From: an uncultured Victivallales bacterium
Lineage (GTDB): Bacteria > Verrucomicrobiota > Kiritimatiellia > UBA8416
Reading direction: 5' to 3'
Assembly (NCBI GenBank): GCA_964583785.1
Contig: CAZOXS010000022.1
Location: 1 to 49,299, forward strand
DNA length: 49,299 nucleotides
Part shown: in pieces, positions 10,402 to 20,343 of the stretch
How the letters are laid out: each line of letters opens with the position of its first letter
Numbering within the stretch: position 1 is the first letter of the stretch
Notes under the pieces: generated by a model
What the model was told of the DNA's origin: nothing
Databases searched by the model: none
What the model saw: the letters and a program-made list of their open reading frames with translations, nothing else
Program-made: the position numbers and the translations under genes

Positions 10402-13074
10402 TTGCGTATAAAGGCTGTCATGCAACCACCACCATTACCCCGTCGCTTTAATCCGGTCGTTGACCGGTTCGCCACTACCGACTTGCCTTTACAGGAGGTT
10501 ATCGCCGCCGTCGGTCCAGCGCCGCTGCCGCCAATCCTGACCGCCTTGTTGCTGCTGTGCGACTGTCTGGACGGGCGGCGGCTGGCGCGCGATGCGATCG
10601 AGGCCGCCGAGGCGGTGGCGATGAAGGGACAGGATCCGGAGCTGACAATCCTGCTGCTGGCCCGCTGGGCGGAACTGGCCTGCCGCATCTCGCGTCCCTC
10701 GGAGGCCGAGGCCCTGCTGCACCACGCCCGCAGCCTGTTCACAGACCAGACGCACCCGGAGATACGCGCCACGATCCATTTCGCCGCGAGCGTGCTGCAC
10801 GAGGTGCGCGGCAACCAGCAGGAACGCGAGCGATTGCTGCGGCAGACCAACGCTGAACTGCCAGAGCACTCCCCGCGGCGCAAATTCTATCTCTGGGAAC
10901 TCGGCCTGCTGCTGGCCCGCCAGGGGCGCGGCATCGAATTCAGGCCCGAAATGAAGCTGCTGACCTGGCAAACCGGCGCACGCTTCCCGCTGGAGCAGCT
11001 CGACCGCCTGCATTTCATCGATGCCGTCGAGACTGGCCGCACCCGCGCCGCCGCTGAACGCATGTCCGCCCTCGCCACCGCCCCCGCCACCAACCGCCGC
11101 CTCTACCGCGAATACCAGCAGCTGCTGGCCCTGATGCACCGGGTGGGGAGGACTGAAGACGATGGAGTAAAGTCGAAAGTCGAAATTGGGAAAGTCGAAA
11201 TCAGCAGCCAACATCCTGCTTTCACCAACGCAGAACCAAGCACCAGGAACCAAGCACGAAGCACAAGGAACCAAGAACCCGGAACCGACTACACGCCTGT
11301 CTGGATCCAGACGCTCAACCACCTGCTTTCCGATGATGCCGCCGGGGCGTTGCGGTTGGCGCGGCTGGAGGCAAAACGACTGATGGCCTCGATTTTCGGC
11401 ACCGGCTTCGGGGCGCTGAACCTGATCCGCGCCGAACTGGCGGCTGGCAATGCCGAAGCCGCCAATCGCCTGCTCGATATGCGCGCCTCGCGCGGCAATG
11501 CCCATTACCTCGACCCGCTGTTCCGCGCCCGCTGCGCCCTGTTGATGGATCGCCCGCAAGAGGCTGCCGAACGCTTCCGCGAGGCCCAGGCGGCCGCGCA
11601 GCGCTACGACGCCGAAGGCCGCCTCGATTTCGAGCTGCGCCTAGCCCTGGAATTGCGTAGGGGCGAGGCCCTTGTCCACCGTAGCTTTAGCGAAGGCGGA
11701 TGCCTCGCCCCGGCCGACCTGGCCAAAGTCTTTTTTGCCGCAGAGCGCAAGCCCCGAACACCCCCCCTCGCCCCAACGCCCCCCGTGACCCAAGCGGCCG
11801 CCACACCGGCGGGCAAGCGCCTCGTCCCGCGCCTGAAGGCCAAACCCGCACCGCCGGCCCCCGCCGATCCGCGCCTGCCGCCGATCAACGGACGCAGCCC
11901 GAACATCCTGAAATTGCGCGAAACGATCCTGCAAATGGCCAGTCTGGATGTACCGGTGCTTATCACCGGCGAAACCGGCACCGGCAAGGAAGTGGTCGCC
12001 AGCGCTCTGCACACGGCCGGCAACCGGGCGAACAAGCCATTTATCGCGGTCAATTGCAGCGCCATCAGCGAAACGCTGCTCGAATCCGAGCTTTTCGGTC
12101 ACGAACGGGGTTCCTTCACCGGGGCTGATCGCACGACCGGAGGCCTGTTCGAGGATGCCGGCAACGGGACGTTGCTGCTGGACGAGATCGGTGACATTTC
12201 CCCCCGCCTACAGGCGGTGCTGCTGCGCGTGCTGGAAAAAGGCGAGATCCGCGCCATCGGCAGCTCGCAGTCACGCCAGATCCATTGCCGTATTCTGGCG
12301 GCAACCAATGCCGAGCTGGAGGCGCGCGTCGCGCAAGGCACCTTCCGCCAGGATCTGCTCTACCGGCTGCAGCGCCTGACCATCCACGTGCCGCCGCTGC
12401 GTGAGCGTCGCGAGGACATCATGCCGCTGGTCCGGCACTTTCTCGATGAGGGACGCCCGGTCGGCACGCACGCCTCGGTCTCAGCGACCTTCGTCGAAAC
12501 CGCGCGCCAATACGACTGGCCGGGGAATGTGCGCGAATTGCGCAACGTGATCGAGCGCATGCGCCTGACCCATTCCGACAAGCTCACCTACACCGAGGCT
12601 GATCTCGAGATCCGGCGCGCGCCGCTGCCGCCCCGCCCGCTGCCCGAGCGGATACCGCTGCCCGCCAGGGCGGGGGAAGGCAGGGCGGGGGAAGAGCAGC
12701 GATCCTGGACTTCCGAACGGCCTTACAACGCGGCGGACGGGGCGGAACCCGTCCCTCCACTTACAACGCCGCGGACGGGGTGGAACCCGTCCCTCCAGAC
12801 GGCGGACGGGGTGGAACCCGTCCATCACGGGGCGCACAACGAGGCGAAAATCGCGCATTTCCTCCAGCACGGGAATTCCGCGTTGCGTCGCCTCGAACGA
12901 CTCAAAACCATGTTCGCGGAACACGGTAAGCTTACCCGCAGCGAAATCGTCCACATTCTCGGCGTCTCCCCCAATACCGCCACCAAATACCTGAAAACCC
13001 TCTGCGACGAAGGCGTCATCCGCCGCGTCGAGCCCAGCGCCTCGCCCCGCTCCCACTATTTCGAGCAAATTTAA
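10402..13074 (+). CDS. sigma-54-dependent (bEBP-type) AAA+ transcriptional activator with helical-repeat N-domain and C-terminal winged-helix-like HTH
   Basis: Walker A VLITGETGTGKEVVASALH, ESELFGHERGSFTGA (GAFTGA-loop variant), Walker B TLLLDEIGD, sensor II NVRELRNVIERM, C-terminal ILGVSPNTATKYLKTLCDEGVIRRVE. The track start 10402 is TTG; ATG at 10420 is more likely. The CDS contains nucleotide-level repeats (see repeat features). Confidence 0.85.
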   Translation: MRIKAVMQPPPLPRRFNPVVDRFATTDLPLQEVIAAVGPAPLPPILTALLLLCDCLDGRRLARDAIEAAEAVAMKGQDPELTILLLARWAELACRISRPSEAEALLHHARSLFTDQTHPEIRATIHFAASVLHEVRGNQQERERLLRQTNAELPEHSPRRKFYLWELGLLLARQGRGIEFRPEMKLLTWQTGARFPLEQLDRLHFIDAVETGRTRAAAERMSALATAPATNRRLYREYQQLLALMHRVGRTEDDGVKSKVEIGKVEISSQHPAFTNAEPSTRNQARSTRNQEPGTDYTPVWIQTLNHLLSDDAAGALRLARLEAKRLMASIFGTGFGALNLIRAELAAGNAEAANRLLDMRASRGNAHYLDPLFRARCALLMDRPQEAAERFREAQAAAQRYDAEGRLDFELRLALELRRGEALVHRSFSEGGCLAPADLAKVFFAAERKPRTPPLAPTPPVTQAAATPAGKRLVPRLKAKPAPPAPADPRLPPINGRSPNILKLRETILQMASLDVPVLITGETGTGKEVVASALHTAGNRANKPFIAVNCSAISETLLESELFGHERGSFTGADRTTGGLFEDAGNGTLLLDEIGDISPRLQAVLLRVLEKGEIRAIGSSQSRQIHCRILAATNAELEARVAQGTFRQDLLYRLQRLTIHVPPLRERREDIMPLVRHFLDEGRPVGTHASVSATFVETARQYDWPGNVRELRNVIERMRLTHSDKLTYTEADLEIRRAPLPPRPLPERIPLPARAGEGRAGEEQRSWTSERPYNAADGAEPVPPLTTPRTGWNPSLQTADGVEPVHHGAHNEAKIAHFLQHGNSALRRLERLKTMFAEHGKLTRSEIVHILGVSPNTATKYLKTLCDEGVIRRVEPSASPRSHYFEQI
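11165..11290. repeat. in-CDS low-complexity block made of short tandem words (AGTCGAA x3, GGAACCAAG x4)
   Basis: AGTCGAA at 11171, 11178 and 11193. GAACCAAGCAC/GGAACCAAG at 11233, 11246, 11267 and 11281. Translated as KSKVEIGKVEISS...EPSTRNQARSTRNQEPGT inside the activator N-domain. Confidence 0.7.
12666..12828. repeat. in-CDS tandem repeats: 2 x 15 nt, then 2.8 x 38/39 nt, each long unit carrying a GGACGGG-N6-CCCGTCC hairpin
   Basis: CAGGGCGGGGGAAGG at 12666 and 12681. Long units start at 12722, 12760 and 12799. Hairpin cores at 12735-12754, 12773-12792 and 12804-12823. Unit 1 is 38 nt, so the same nucleotide repeat is read in two frames (PYNAADGAEPVPP versus LTTPRTGWNPSLQ). Confidence 0.85.
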
Positions 13075-13112
13075 TAGTTGCATTGTTGCGCAACTATGAT
13101 ACTTTAGTCCGC

Positions 13113-13424
13113 ATGAATGAAAACTCATATGCGGCGCGGGCCACGATTCTAAAGGCGCTGGCGAGTCCGGTGCGGCTGCGGATTGTGGATGAATTGAGCC
13201 GGGGTGAGCGCTGCCTGTGCGAGCTGCAGCCGCTGTTCACGATGAACAAGTCGACGCTCTCGCGTCATGTGGCCGAGCTGCGCAACGTGGGCATCATCAG
13301 CGAGCGGCGCGATGGCGTGCGCATTTTCCTGAAACTCGAAACCCCCTGCATCCTGAATGTGTTTGATTGCGCGATGGGGGTGATCCAGTCGAATGCGCAA
13401 CGCCAGGCCGCGATGGTGGAGTGA
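13113..13424 (+). CDS. arsR: ArsR/SmtB-family metalloregulatory repressor
   Basis: ILKALASPVRLRIVDELSRGERCLCELQPLFTMNKSTLSRHVAELRNVGIISERRDG (wHTH with a CxC metal site). ATG at 13113 lies inside track ORF 13083..13424, which starts at TTG. Confidence 0.85.
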   Translation: MNENSYAARATILKALASPVRLRIVDELSRGERCLCELQPLFTMNKSTLSRHVAELRNVGIISERRDGVRIFLKLETPCILNVFDCAMGVIQSNAQRQAAMVE

Positions 13425-13554
13425 AAGAAAATGGTAGCCCGGTTGCGCCGCCACTGAGGCAGCGGGGATATGTGTGCGCGAGTGAGTGTATGTGGGGCTA
13501 AGCGATCACACCGGGATTGCGCCGGTGGTGAAATTAAAAAAACGGGGGCACGAC

Positions 13555-14856
13555 ATGAACTGGAAAGATGAGTGGAAGAAACTGGCGTGGATCGTGGGGA
13601 TATTCCTGGCGTTCTTTTATCTGCCGGTGGGCCGGGAACGCTTCGATAACGCGATCATGGAGTCGCTGCATCTGGCCAAATGGTATGCGCAGGAGCATGT
13701 GCTGCTATGCCTGATCCCGGCCTTCTTCATCGCGGGCGCCATCGCGGTATTCGTCAGCCAGGGCTCGGTGATGAAGTATCTCGGCGCCAAGGCGAACAAG
13801 ATCCTGGCCTACGGCGTGGCTGCCGTGTCGGGCACGATCCTGGCGGTCTGCTCCTGCACGGTGCTGCCGCTTTTTGCGGGGATCTACCGCATGGGCGCGG
13901 GCCTGGGGCCGGCGTCGGCGTTCCTTTATTCCGGCCCGGCGATCAACATCCTGGCGATTGTGATGACCGCGCGCGTCCTCGGGATCGAGCTGGGAGTCGC
14001 CCGTGCGCTCGGGGCGGTGATCTTCAGCGTGGTGATCGGGGTCCTGATGCATCTGATCTTCATCAAGGAAGAGAAGCAGAAAGCGGCCGCCCAGATGCTG
14101 CTGCCGGAGGAAGAGGTCACGCGGCCGCTCTGGCAGAATGCGCTCTATTTCGCCTCGATGGTCGGCATCCTGGTATTTGCCAACTGGGGCAAGCCGCAGG
14201 TGCCAACGGGCCTCTGGGCGTCCATCTACGCCTCCAAATGGATCGTGTCCGCGCTTTTCGCCGCGGCCCTGGGCGTGATGCTGGTCATCTGGTTCGAGGT
14301 CAAATGGTGGAAGGTCGGACTGACCGCCCTGCCGACGGTGGCGCTGGGCATCGTCTTTCCCGAACAGCCGATGGTGGCGTTTGCCGCCGCCGTGGTCGGG
14401 CTTTCCTGGTTCACCAGCCTCGACAAGGGCGAGGCAGGCGAATGGTTCTCATCGTCGTGGGGCTTCGCCAAGCAGATCATGCCGCTGCTGCTGATCGGCG
14501 TCCTGGTGGCCGGCGCCCTGCTCGGGCGCGTCGGCTATGAAGGACTGATCCCGTCGGAATGGGTTTCCAGGGCGGTGGGTGGCAATTCCCTGGCATCTAA
14601 CTTCTTCGCCTCCTTCGCCGGCGCCTTCATGTATTTCGCCACGCTGACGGAAGTGCCGATCCTGCAGGGGTTGATCGGCAACGGCATGGGCAAGGGCCCC
14701 GCCCTGGCGCTGCTGCTGGCCGGTCCGGCCTTGAGCCTGCCGAACATGCTGGTCATCCGCAGCGTGCTCGGCACCAAGAAGACGGTCGTTTTCGTCTCGC
14801 TGGTGATCATCATGGCTACGTTCAGCGGGATGCTTTTCGGAGCGTTTGTGAAATGA
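13555..14856 (+). CDS. COG0701-type permease (ArsP-like putative organoarsenical/metalloid permease)
   Basis: Polytopic membrane protein with the family-typical CSCTVLPLFAGIYRMGAGLGPASAFLYSGPAINILAI segment. ATG 13555 (MNWKDEWKK) lies within ORF 13486..14856. It directly follows arsR. Confidence 0.8.
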   Translation: MNWKDEWKKLAWIVGIFLAFFYLPVGRERFDNAIMESLHLAKWYAQEHVLLCLIPAFFIAGAIAVFVSQGSVMKYLGAKANKILAYGVAAVSGTILAVCSCTVLPLFAGIYRMGAGLGPASAFLYSGPAINILAIVMTARVLGIELGVARALGAVIFSVVIGVLMHLIFIKEEKQKAAAQMLLPEEEVTRPLWQNALYFASMVGILVFANWGKPQVPTGLWASIYASKWIVSALFAAALGVMLVIWFEVKWWKVGLTALPTVALGIVFPEQPMVAFAAAVVGLSWFTSLDKGEAGEWFSSSWGFAKQIMPLLLIGVLVAGALLGRVGYEGLIPSEWVSRAVGGNSLASNFFASFAGAFMYFATLTEVPILQGLIGNGMGKGPALALLLAGPALSLPNMLVIRSVLGTKKTVVFVSLVIIMATFSGMLFGAFVK

Positions 14857-16187
14857 AGACCTGTTTTAACCTTTGCTTAGCGCTCAGCAGCCTATTGCCG
14901 CTCCCGCTACAGGCGCTGGAATCCAATGCACCATTGCTGACGCTGGAGCAGGCGGTTCAGGTCGCCCTCGAACACAATCCGGATATTGCATCTGCCCGCT
15001 GGAATGCCGATGCGGCCGCGGCAGCAGGCGATACGGTCCGTGCCCGTCGGCTGCCGTCCCTTAAGTTGCACGGATCGTATGATGTCGCGTCGGAGGATCA
15101 GCGCCTGTTTCCGGCAACGGCCAACGGCGAGGCGGGGGTATTCGGCAGCGATCTGATGGCGGCGGATGCCGTCCTGAGCCTGCCGCTCTTTACCGGCGGC
15201 AGGCTCCGTAGCACCGTCAGCGCCGCTGAATTATTGCGACAGGCGGCGGAAGGCGGACTGGCATACACGCGCGAAACGGTGGTGTTCAACGTCACCAGTC
15301 TTTTCTACAACATGCTGGCACAGCGCGAGGTGATCCGGTCATTCGAGTCGGCGGTCAGCGCCACAGCGGAACACCGGCACAGCATCGAGGCGCAGGTGGA
15401 GGCGCAGAAGGCCGCCCGTGTGGATCTGCTGCGGGCGGAAGTCCGGCTGGCGGAGTTGAAGGAGAAGTTGACCCGCGAACGCAATACGCTCACCATCCAG
15501 CGCTGGGCGCTGGCGGCGCTGCTGGGGACGGAGACCGGCGGGACGGCTCCCGATGTGGGCGGGGATCTGCTTCCGGTCACGATGTCCTCATGCCCGGCGG
15601 CAGCGGATTGCCTGCGTATGGCGCTGGCGCAGCGCCGCGACTACCAGGCCGCCCTGCAGCAAACTCAGGCGCAGGACGAGAGCATCAAGGCCTCCCGCGC
15701 CGGTTATTTTCCGACCCTTTCGCTCCAGGCTTCCTATGGCGGCCGGTGGATCGGGAATATCAGCGATCAACCAGCCGGGAGCGACGACTCGCAGGATATC
15801 GGCCGCATCGGGCTGGTTGCCGAGATCCCCCTGTTTGAAGGCGGTGCGATCCGCGCGCAAGTCCGCGAGCAGACCGCCCGCTACCATGCCCGGCAGGAAC
15901 AGGTTCGTAAACTCGAACTTCTGATCCGTACAGAAGTGGAAATCGCCCGGGCCGAGATGGCATCGGCTCGCGAACGGACAGAAGCCACGGCCAAGGCGGT
16001 TGAGCAAGCTCGGGAAAGCTTCCGGATTATCCGTGAGAAATATGATCTTGGCAAAGGCGTGATCGTTGATGTGCTCGATGCACAGGCGGCGCTTGTGCTG
16101 GCGGAAACAACCTATGCGCGGGCACTGGCCGATCTGGCCGTATCCGATGCCCGCCGCAAACTGGCGACAGGAGAGTTAACCCCATGA
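14853..16187 (+). CDS. TolC-family outer-membrane efflux protein
   Basis: 444 aa with a signal peptide and two TolC-like repeats (LTLEQAVQVALEHNPDI..; ..ARESFRIIREKYDLGKGVIVDVLDAQAAL). 4-nt ATGA overlap with the permease stop. Confidence 0.85.
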   Translation: MKTCFNLCLALSSLLPLPLQALESNAPLLTLEQAVQVALEHNPDIASARWNADAAAAAGDTVRARRLPSLKLHGSYDVASEDQRLFPATANGEAGVFGSDLMAADAVLSLPLFTGGRLRSTVSAAELLRQAAEGGLAYTRETVVFNVTSLFYNMLAQREVIRSFESAVSATAEHRHSIEAQVEAQKAARVDLLRAEVRLAELKEKLTRERNTLTIQRWALAALLGTETGGTAPDVGGDLLPVTMSSCPAAADCLRMALAQRRDYQAALQQTQAQDESIKASRAGYFPTLSLQASYGGRWIGNISDQPAGSDDSQDIGRIGLVAEIPLFEGGAIRAQVREQTARYHARQEQVRKLELLIRTEVEIARAEMASARERTEATAKAVEQARESFRIIREKYDLGKGVIVDVLDAQAALVLAETTYARALADLAVSDARRKLATGELTP

Positions 16188-17239
16188 GACCGATGACGCG
16201 AATACTGGCGGCGGGATTATCCGCCGCCTTGCTGGGTGGCTGTGGCAAGAACGGCGGGGACGATGCACCGCCCAAACCGGTTCCCATGGTCCAGGCCGTC
16301 CCTGTCAAGTCCGGCGACCTGACGCGCTTCATCACCTACACCGGTTCCGTCGAACCCGTCAAGACCGCCCGGATGGCCTCGCCGGCCGAAGGGCCGATCG
16401 TGGAATGCCCGGTGCGCGAAGGCGATCGCGTCGAGGCCGGACAGCGGCTGGCCCGCGTCGGGCGCAGCCGGATTGCGAAAACAGGGCTCACCGCGGCCCG
16501 CGAGGAACTGCGGCGGCAGGAAGCGGAATTCCAGCGGGTGGAGCAACTGGTCAAAAGCGGTTCGCTGCCCGGCGACCAGCTCGACACGGCGCGCTCGAAT
16601 CTGCGTCGCGCCGAGGCACAGGTGGCCGCGATGGAGACCGGTGCCGACGACTACGAGATCAACGCCCCTTGGGGCGGCCTGGTTTCCAAGGTCTGGATTT
16701 CTGAAGGCAATTATGTCGCCCCGCGCACGCCGCTGGTCGAACTCTACGACCCGCAAAGCCTGGTCGTGCGCCTCGCGGTTCCCGAACAACATGCGCTTTC
16801 TGTGCGGACAGGAACCGCGGTGCAGATTCTGCTCGATGCCCATCCCGGCAAATCCTTTCCGGCCGAGATCACTCGCATCTACCCCGAACTGGACCGTACA
16901 ACCCGCACCGTCACCGTGGAAGCGGTATTGAAGGAACCGGTGGAGCTGATAAGCGGTATGTTTGCCCGTGTTGATTTGCCGGTACAGACCGCTAACGACG
17001 TCATGATTTTTCCCGAAAGTGCCCTGATTGTGCGTCCGAACGGAGAGACTGTGATTTTCCTGCTTGAGGACGGGACGGCTCGGCAGGTGGTGGTGGAGCC
17101 CGTGCTTGAGGCGGGCGGAAAGGTGGCGGTGCGTGGTATGAAACCGGGAAGCACCGTCATCGTGCGCGGCAACGAGTCGCTCAAGGATGGGGCGATGGTC
17201 AAGGGAATGGGATCAAAACCGGAAAAAGCAGCCAAATGA
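16184..17239 (+). CDS. RND efflux periplasmic adaptor (MFP/HlyD family)
   Basis: Lipoprotein-like N-terminus (LLGGCGK), a barrel-sandwich/hairpin pattern (GPIVECPVREGDRVEAGQRLARV...INAPWGGLVSKVWISEGNYV), and 4-nt overlaps at both ends. Confidence 0.85.
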   Translation: MRPMTRILAAGLSAALLGGCGKNGGDDAPPKPVPMVQAVPVKSGDLTRFITYTGSVEPVKTARMASPAEGPIVECPVREGDRVEAGQRLARVGRSRIAKTGLTAAREELRRQEAEFQRVEQLVKSGSLPGDQLDTARSNLRRAEAQVAAMETGADDYEINAPWGGLVSKVWISEGNYVAPRTPLVELYDPQSLVVRLAVPEQHALSVRTGTAVQILLDAHPGKSFPAEITRIYPELDRTTRTVTVEAVLKEPVELISGMFARVDLPVQTANDVMIFPESALIVRPNGETVIFLLEDGTARQVVVEPVLEAGGKVAVRGMKPGSTVIVRGNESLKDGAMVKGMGSKPEKAAK

Positions 17240-20200
17240 GAATTACCGACATCAGTTTAAGACGCCGGGTGGCAGTCACGATGCTGTCCGTTGCCGCGGC
17301 GGTCGCGGGCTTTTTCAGCCTGACGCGACTGGATGTGGATTACCTGCCTGAGATCACCTATCCGATGGTCAAGATCCATATCTACTGGAGCGGGGCGACG
17401 CCCGAGGAGATGGAGACGAATGTGGCCGAACCGGTCGAGCGGGCGATGGCGACGGTGGATAATCTCGACTATCTCGATGGCTCCTGTATCGAAGGCATGT
17501 ACACGCTGCTGGTGAATTTCAACTACGGCGTGGACGTGGACTCCGCCTACCAGGATGTGCTGGCCGTGATGGGGCGCGTCAATCGCCTGCTGCCGGATGA
17601 CATGGATCCGCCGGTGATCATCAAGGCTGATCCCTCGCAACTGCCGGTGATGGAGGTAACTATCGCCTCGGACCAGCGCAGCCTGGTCTGGCTGCGGGAG
17701 TGGGTCGACAACTGGCTGGTAGATCGGCTGAGCGCCGTGCCTGGCACGGCGGGCGCAGAGGTGGTCGGCGGACTGGAACGCGAAATCCGGGTCCATCTCG
17801 ATCCCGCCAGGCTGACTGCCTTCGGTCTCTCGCCGGCGCAGGTTGCGACCGCCTTGCGCCAGGAGAACCGCCAGATTTTTGCCGGGCGGATCACGGTTGA
17901 AACGCGCGAGATCATTGCCCGGACCATGGGCGAATTCGAGTCGCTCGACGAGATTCGCGATACCGCCATCGCGAAAGGCGCAGGCGGCAATCTGGTTTAT
18001 GTGCGCGATGTGGCGCGTGTGGAGGACTCGCACAAGGAATTGCGCGTCAGCACCCGCTTCAACGGTCGCCCCTGCGTGAAGGTCAATGTGCTTAAGCAGG
18101 CCGAGGCCAACACGGTGAAGGTGGCGCAGGCGGTCGAGCGGCAACTGGAGCGGCTGCGCGACCAGATGCCTCCGGATATCGAGTTCGGCGTGTTCGAGAA
18201 CCAGGGCGATTATGTCAACGGCGCGATCCTCAGCGTGCGCGACTCGGCCGTACTGGCGGCTATTCTGGTGATCCTGGTCACGTATCTGTTCCTGGGGCAC
18301 TGGCGGCAGGTCATGGTTATGGCGCTGGCGTTGCCGGTCACCTTGCTGGCGAATTTCATGCTGATGCGGCTGGCTGGCTTTTCGTTGAACCTATTCTCTC
18401 TTGGCGGACTGGTGGTGGCGCTGGGGGTGATTCTCGACAACTCGATCATCGTGCTGGAGAACATCACGCGCCTGAAGCACGAGGAAGACCTTGCCGGACG
18501 GCCGCACAGCCCGCAGACCCTGGTGCGGGCCGTCGCCGAAGTCGGACCGGCGATGATCGCCTCGACCGTGGCGTTCCTGGCGATTTTCCTGCCTTTCCTG
18601 TTCATTCCCGGGCTCGCCTCGTTGCTATTCAAGGAACTAGTCCTCGTGGTCGCGGGCGTGGTCCTGCTGTCGCTGCTGGTGGCTATTACCCTGACCCCGT
18701 TCCTCTCCGACCTGCTGCTCGAGCGGATCCATGGCGGGCAGAAGAGCGGACGGCTGGCCATCTGGTTCGACCGGGGCGTGGAGCGCATCACGTCGGCCTA
18801 CGGCAACGGTCTTTCCCGTGTTTTGCGGTTCCGCTGGGTCGCCCTGATCCTGTTTATTGCCGTCGGTGCCGTCGCGCTGTGGATGAGCGGGACGATCGGC
18901 ACAGAATTCCTGCCGCAAGTGGATGACGGGCGTGCCATGGTGAAACTCAAGATGCCCGCGGGAACCGCCGTCGGCGAGACCGATCGGATTCTGGCCGCGG
19001 TCGAGGCGCAACTGGTCGGTCTGCCGGAGATCGACCGAGTCTTCACTATGGCGGGCGGCCGTGTCTGGGGGCTGGCCACCTATGAGATTGCCGAGGAAGG
19101 TGAAGTCGATATCCAGCTCAAGCCCAAGGCGCAGCGTGACATCAGCACGGAAGCCTTTGTCGAGAAAATCAGGCCGCTGGTCAGGAAGGCGATGGCACCC
19201 GGCGCGAAGATGCCGATCATGCAGATGAAGATCAAGGGCATCCGACAGATCGGCACACAGGATGTTGAGCTGAAAGTACAGGGCGACGACACCGTTGACA
19301 TCTACAACTTCGCCCGCCAGGCCGCCGCCGCGCTGGGCCAGACCCCCGGTCTTTCCGGCGTGAACATCTCGATGGATATGACCAAGCCGGAGTACCGGAT
19401 CTACATTGACCGGGCGCGCGCCGCCGCGCTGGGCATTCCGGTCGCCAGCATTGCCGATGTGTTGCGCGGACTGATCGGCGGAAGCGTCGCCACCGAATAC
19501 CGTGAAGGCAGCGAATACTACGACATCCGCGTCATGGTCCCGGAACCGCAGATCCGGGGCAAGGAAGAGCTGGAAAACCTGATCCTTGACTCGCGCAACG
19601 GTAGCCCCCTTTATGTGCGCGATGTGGCCGAGGTGCGGCGCGCGGTCGGACCGGTGGAGATCAACCGCGAAAACCAGATCAAGCAGGTGCTGGTGCGGGC
19701 CGATGCGGCAGGCATCAGCGTGGGCGAAGCGACCCGACGCGCGATGGAAGCCGTCCGCAAGCTCCCTTCGCCGCCGGGGGTGCAGACCGTTCCCGGCGGC
19801 CAGGCGCAGATGATGGCGGAAAACAGTCGCACGATGGGGCTGATCTTCGGCTTCGCGCTCTTTTTCGCGTTCGTAACGCTGGCGGTCCAGTTCGAGAGCT
19901 ACCGCCTGCCGCTAATTATCCTTCTTTCCGTCCCCTTCTGCCTGGCTGGGCTGGTCTATGCCCTGCTGCTGACCGGTCTGTCGATCGGCGCGACTGTCGC
20001 CATCGGTGTATTTGTAGTTATCGCGGCAGCCGTCAACGATGGCGTGCTGCTGCTGAGCTATGCGGAAGAGCTGCACACGAAGGAGAACCGTTCGCCCGTT
20101 GAAGCGGTCTTGACCGCCGCCAAAATCCGGCTGCGCCCGCGTGTGATGACCACGCTCAGCACCATCGCGGGGCTCATACCACTGGCGCTGAACCTGGGCG

Positions 20201-20343
20201 AAGGCGGCGACCTGCTCAAACCCATGGCCATCGCCGGCATCGGCGGCCTCGTCATGGAAATCGCCGTCGCCTTGTTTCTCATGCCGGTATTGTATATACT
20301 GTTCACAACAACGCCGCACCAAACAAAGGAGGACGCAAAATGA
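17236..20343 (+). CDS. RND efflux transporter inner-membrane permease (AcrB/CzcA superfamily)
   Basis: 1035 aa, 12-TM/two-loop architecture, TM4 motif GGLVVALGVILDNSIIVLENI, C-terminal half VNDGVLLLSYAEEL. Confidence 0.95.
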   Translation: MRITDISLRRRVAVTMLSVAAAVAGFFSLTRLDVDYLPEITYPMVKIHIYWSGATPEEMETNVAEPVERAMATVDNLDYLDGSCIEGMYTLLVNFNYGVDVDSAYQDVLAVMGRVNRLLPDDMDPPVIIKADPSQLPVMEVTIASDQRSLVWLREWVDNWLVDRLSAVPGTAGAEVVGGLEREIRVHLDPARLTAFGLSPAQVATALRQENRQIFAGRITVETREIIARTMGEFESLDEIRDTAIAKGAGGNLVYVRDVARVEDSHKELRVSTRFNGRPCVKVNVLKQAEANTVKVAQAVERQLERLRDQMPPDIEFGVFENQGDYVNGAILSVRDSAVLAAILVILVTYLFLGHWRQVMVMALALPVTLLANFMLMRLAGFSLNLFSLGGLVVALGVILDNSIIVLENITRLKHEEDLAGRPHSPQTLVRAVAEVGPAMIASTVAFLAIFLPFLFIPGLASLLFKELVLVVAGVVLLSLLVAITLTPFLSDLLLERIHGGQKSGRLAIWFDRGVERITSAYGNGLSRVLRFRWVALILFIAVGAVALWMSGTIGTEFLPQVDDGRAMVKLKMPAGTAVGETDRILAAVEAQLVGLPEIDRVFTMAGGRVWGLATYEIAEEGEVDIQLKPKAQRDISTEAFVEKIRPLVRKAMAPGAKMPIMQMKIKGIRQIGTQDVELKVQGDDTVDIYNFARQAAAALGQTPGLSGVNISMDMTKPEYRIYIDRARAAALGIPVASIADVLRGLIGGSVATEYREGSEYYDIRVMVPEPQIRGKEELENLILDSRNGSPLYVRDVAEVRRAVGPVEINRENQIKQVLVRADAAGISVGEATRRAMEAVRKLPSPPGVQTVPGGQAQMMAENSRTMGLIFGFALFFAFVTLAVQFESYRLPLIILLSVPFCLAGLVYALLLTGLSIGATVAIGVFVVIAAAVNDGVLLLSYAEELHTKENRSPVEAVLTAAKIRLRPRVMTTLSTIAGLIPLALNLGEGGDLLKPMAIAGIGGLVMEIAVALFLMPVLYILFTTTPHQTKEDAK

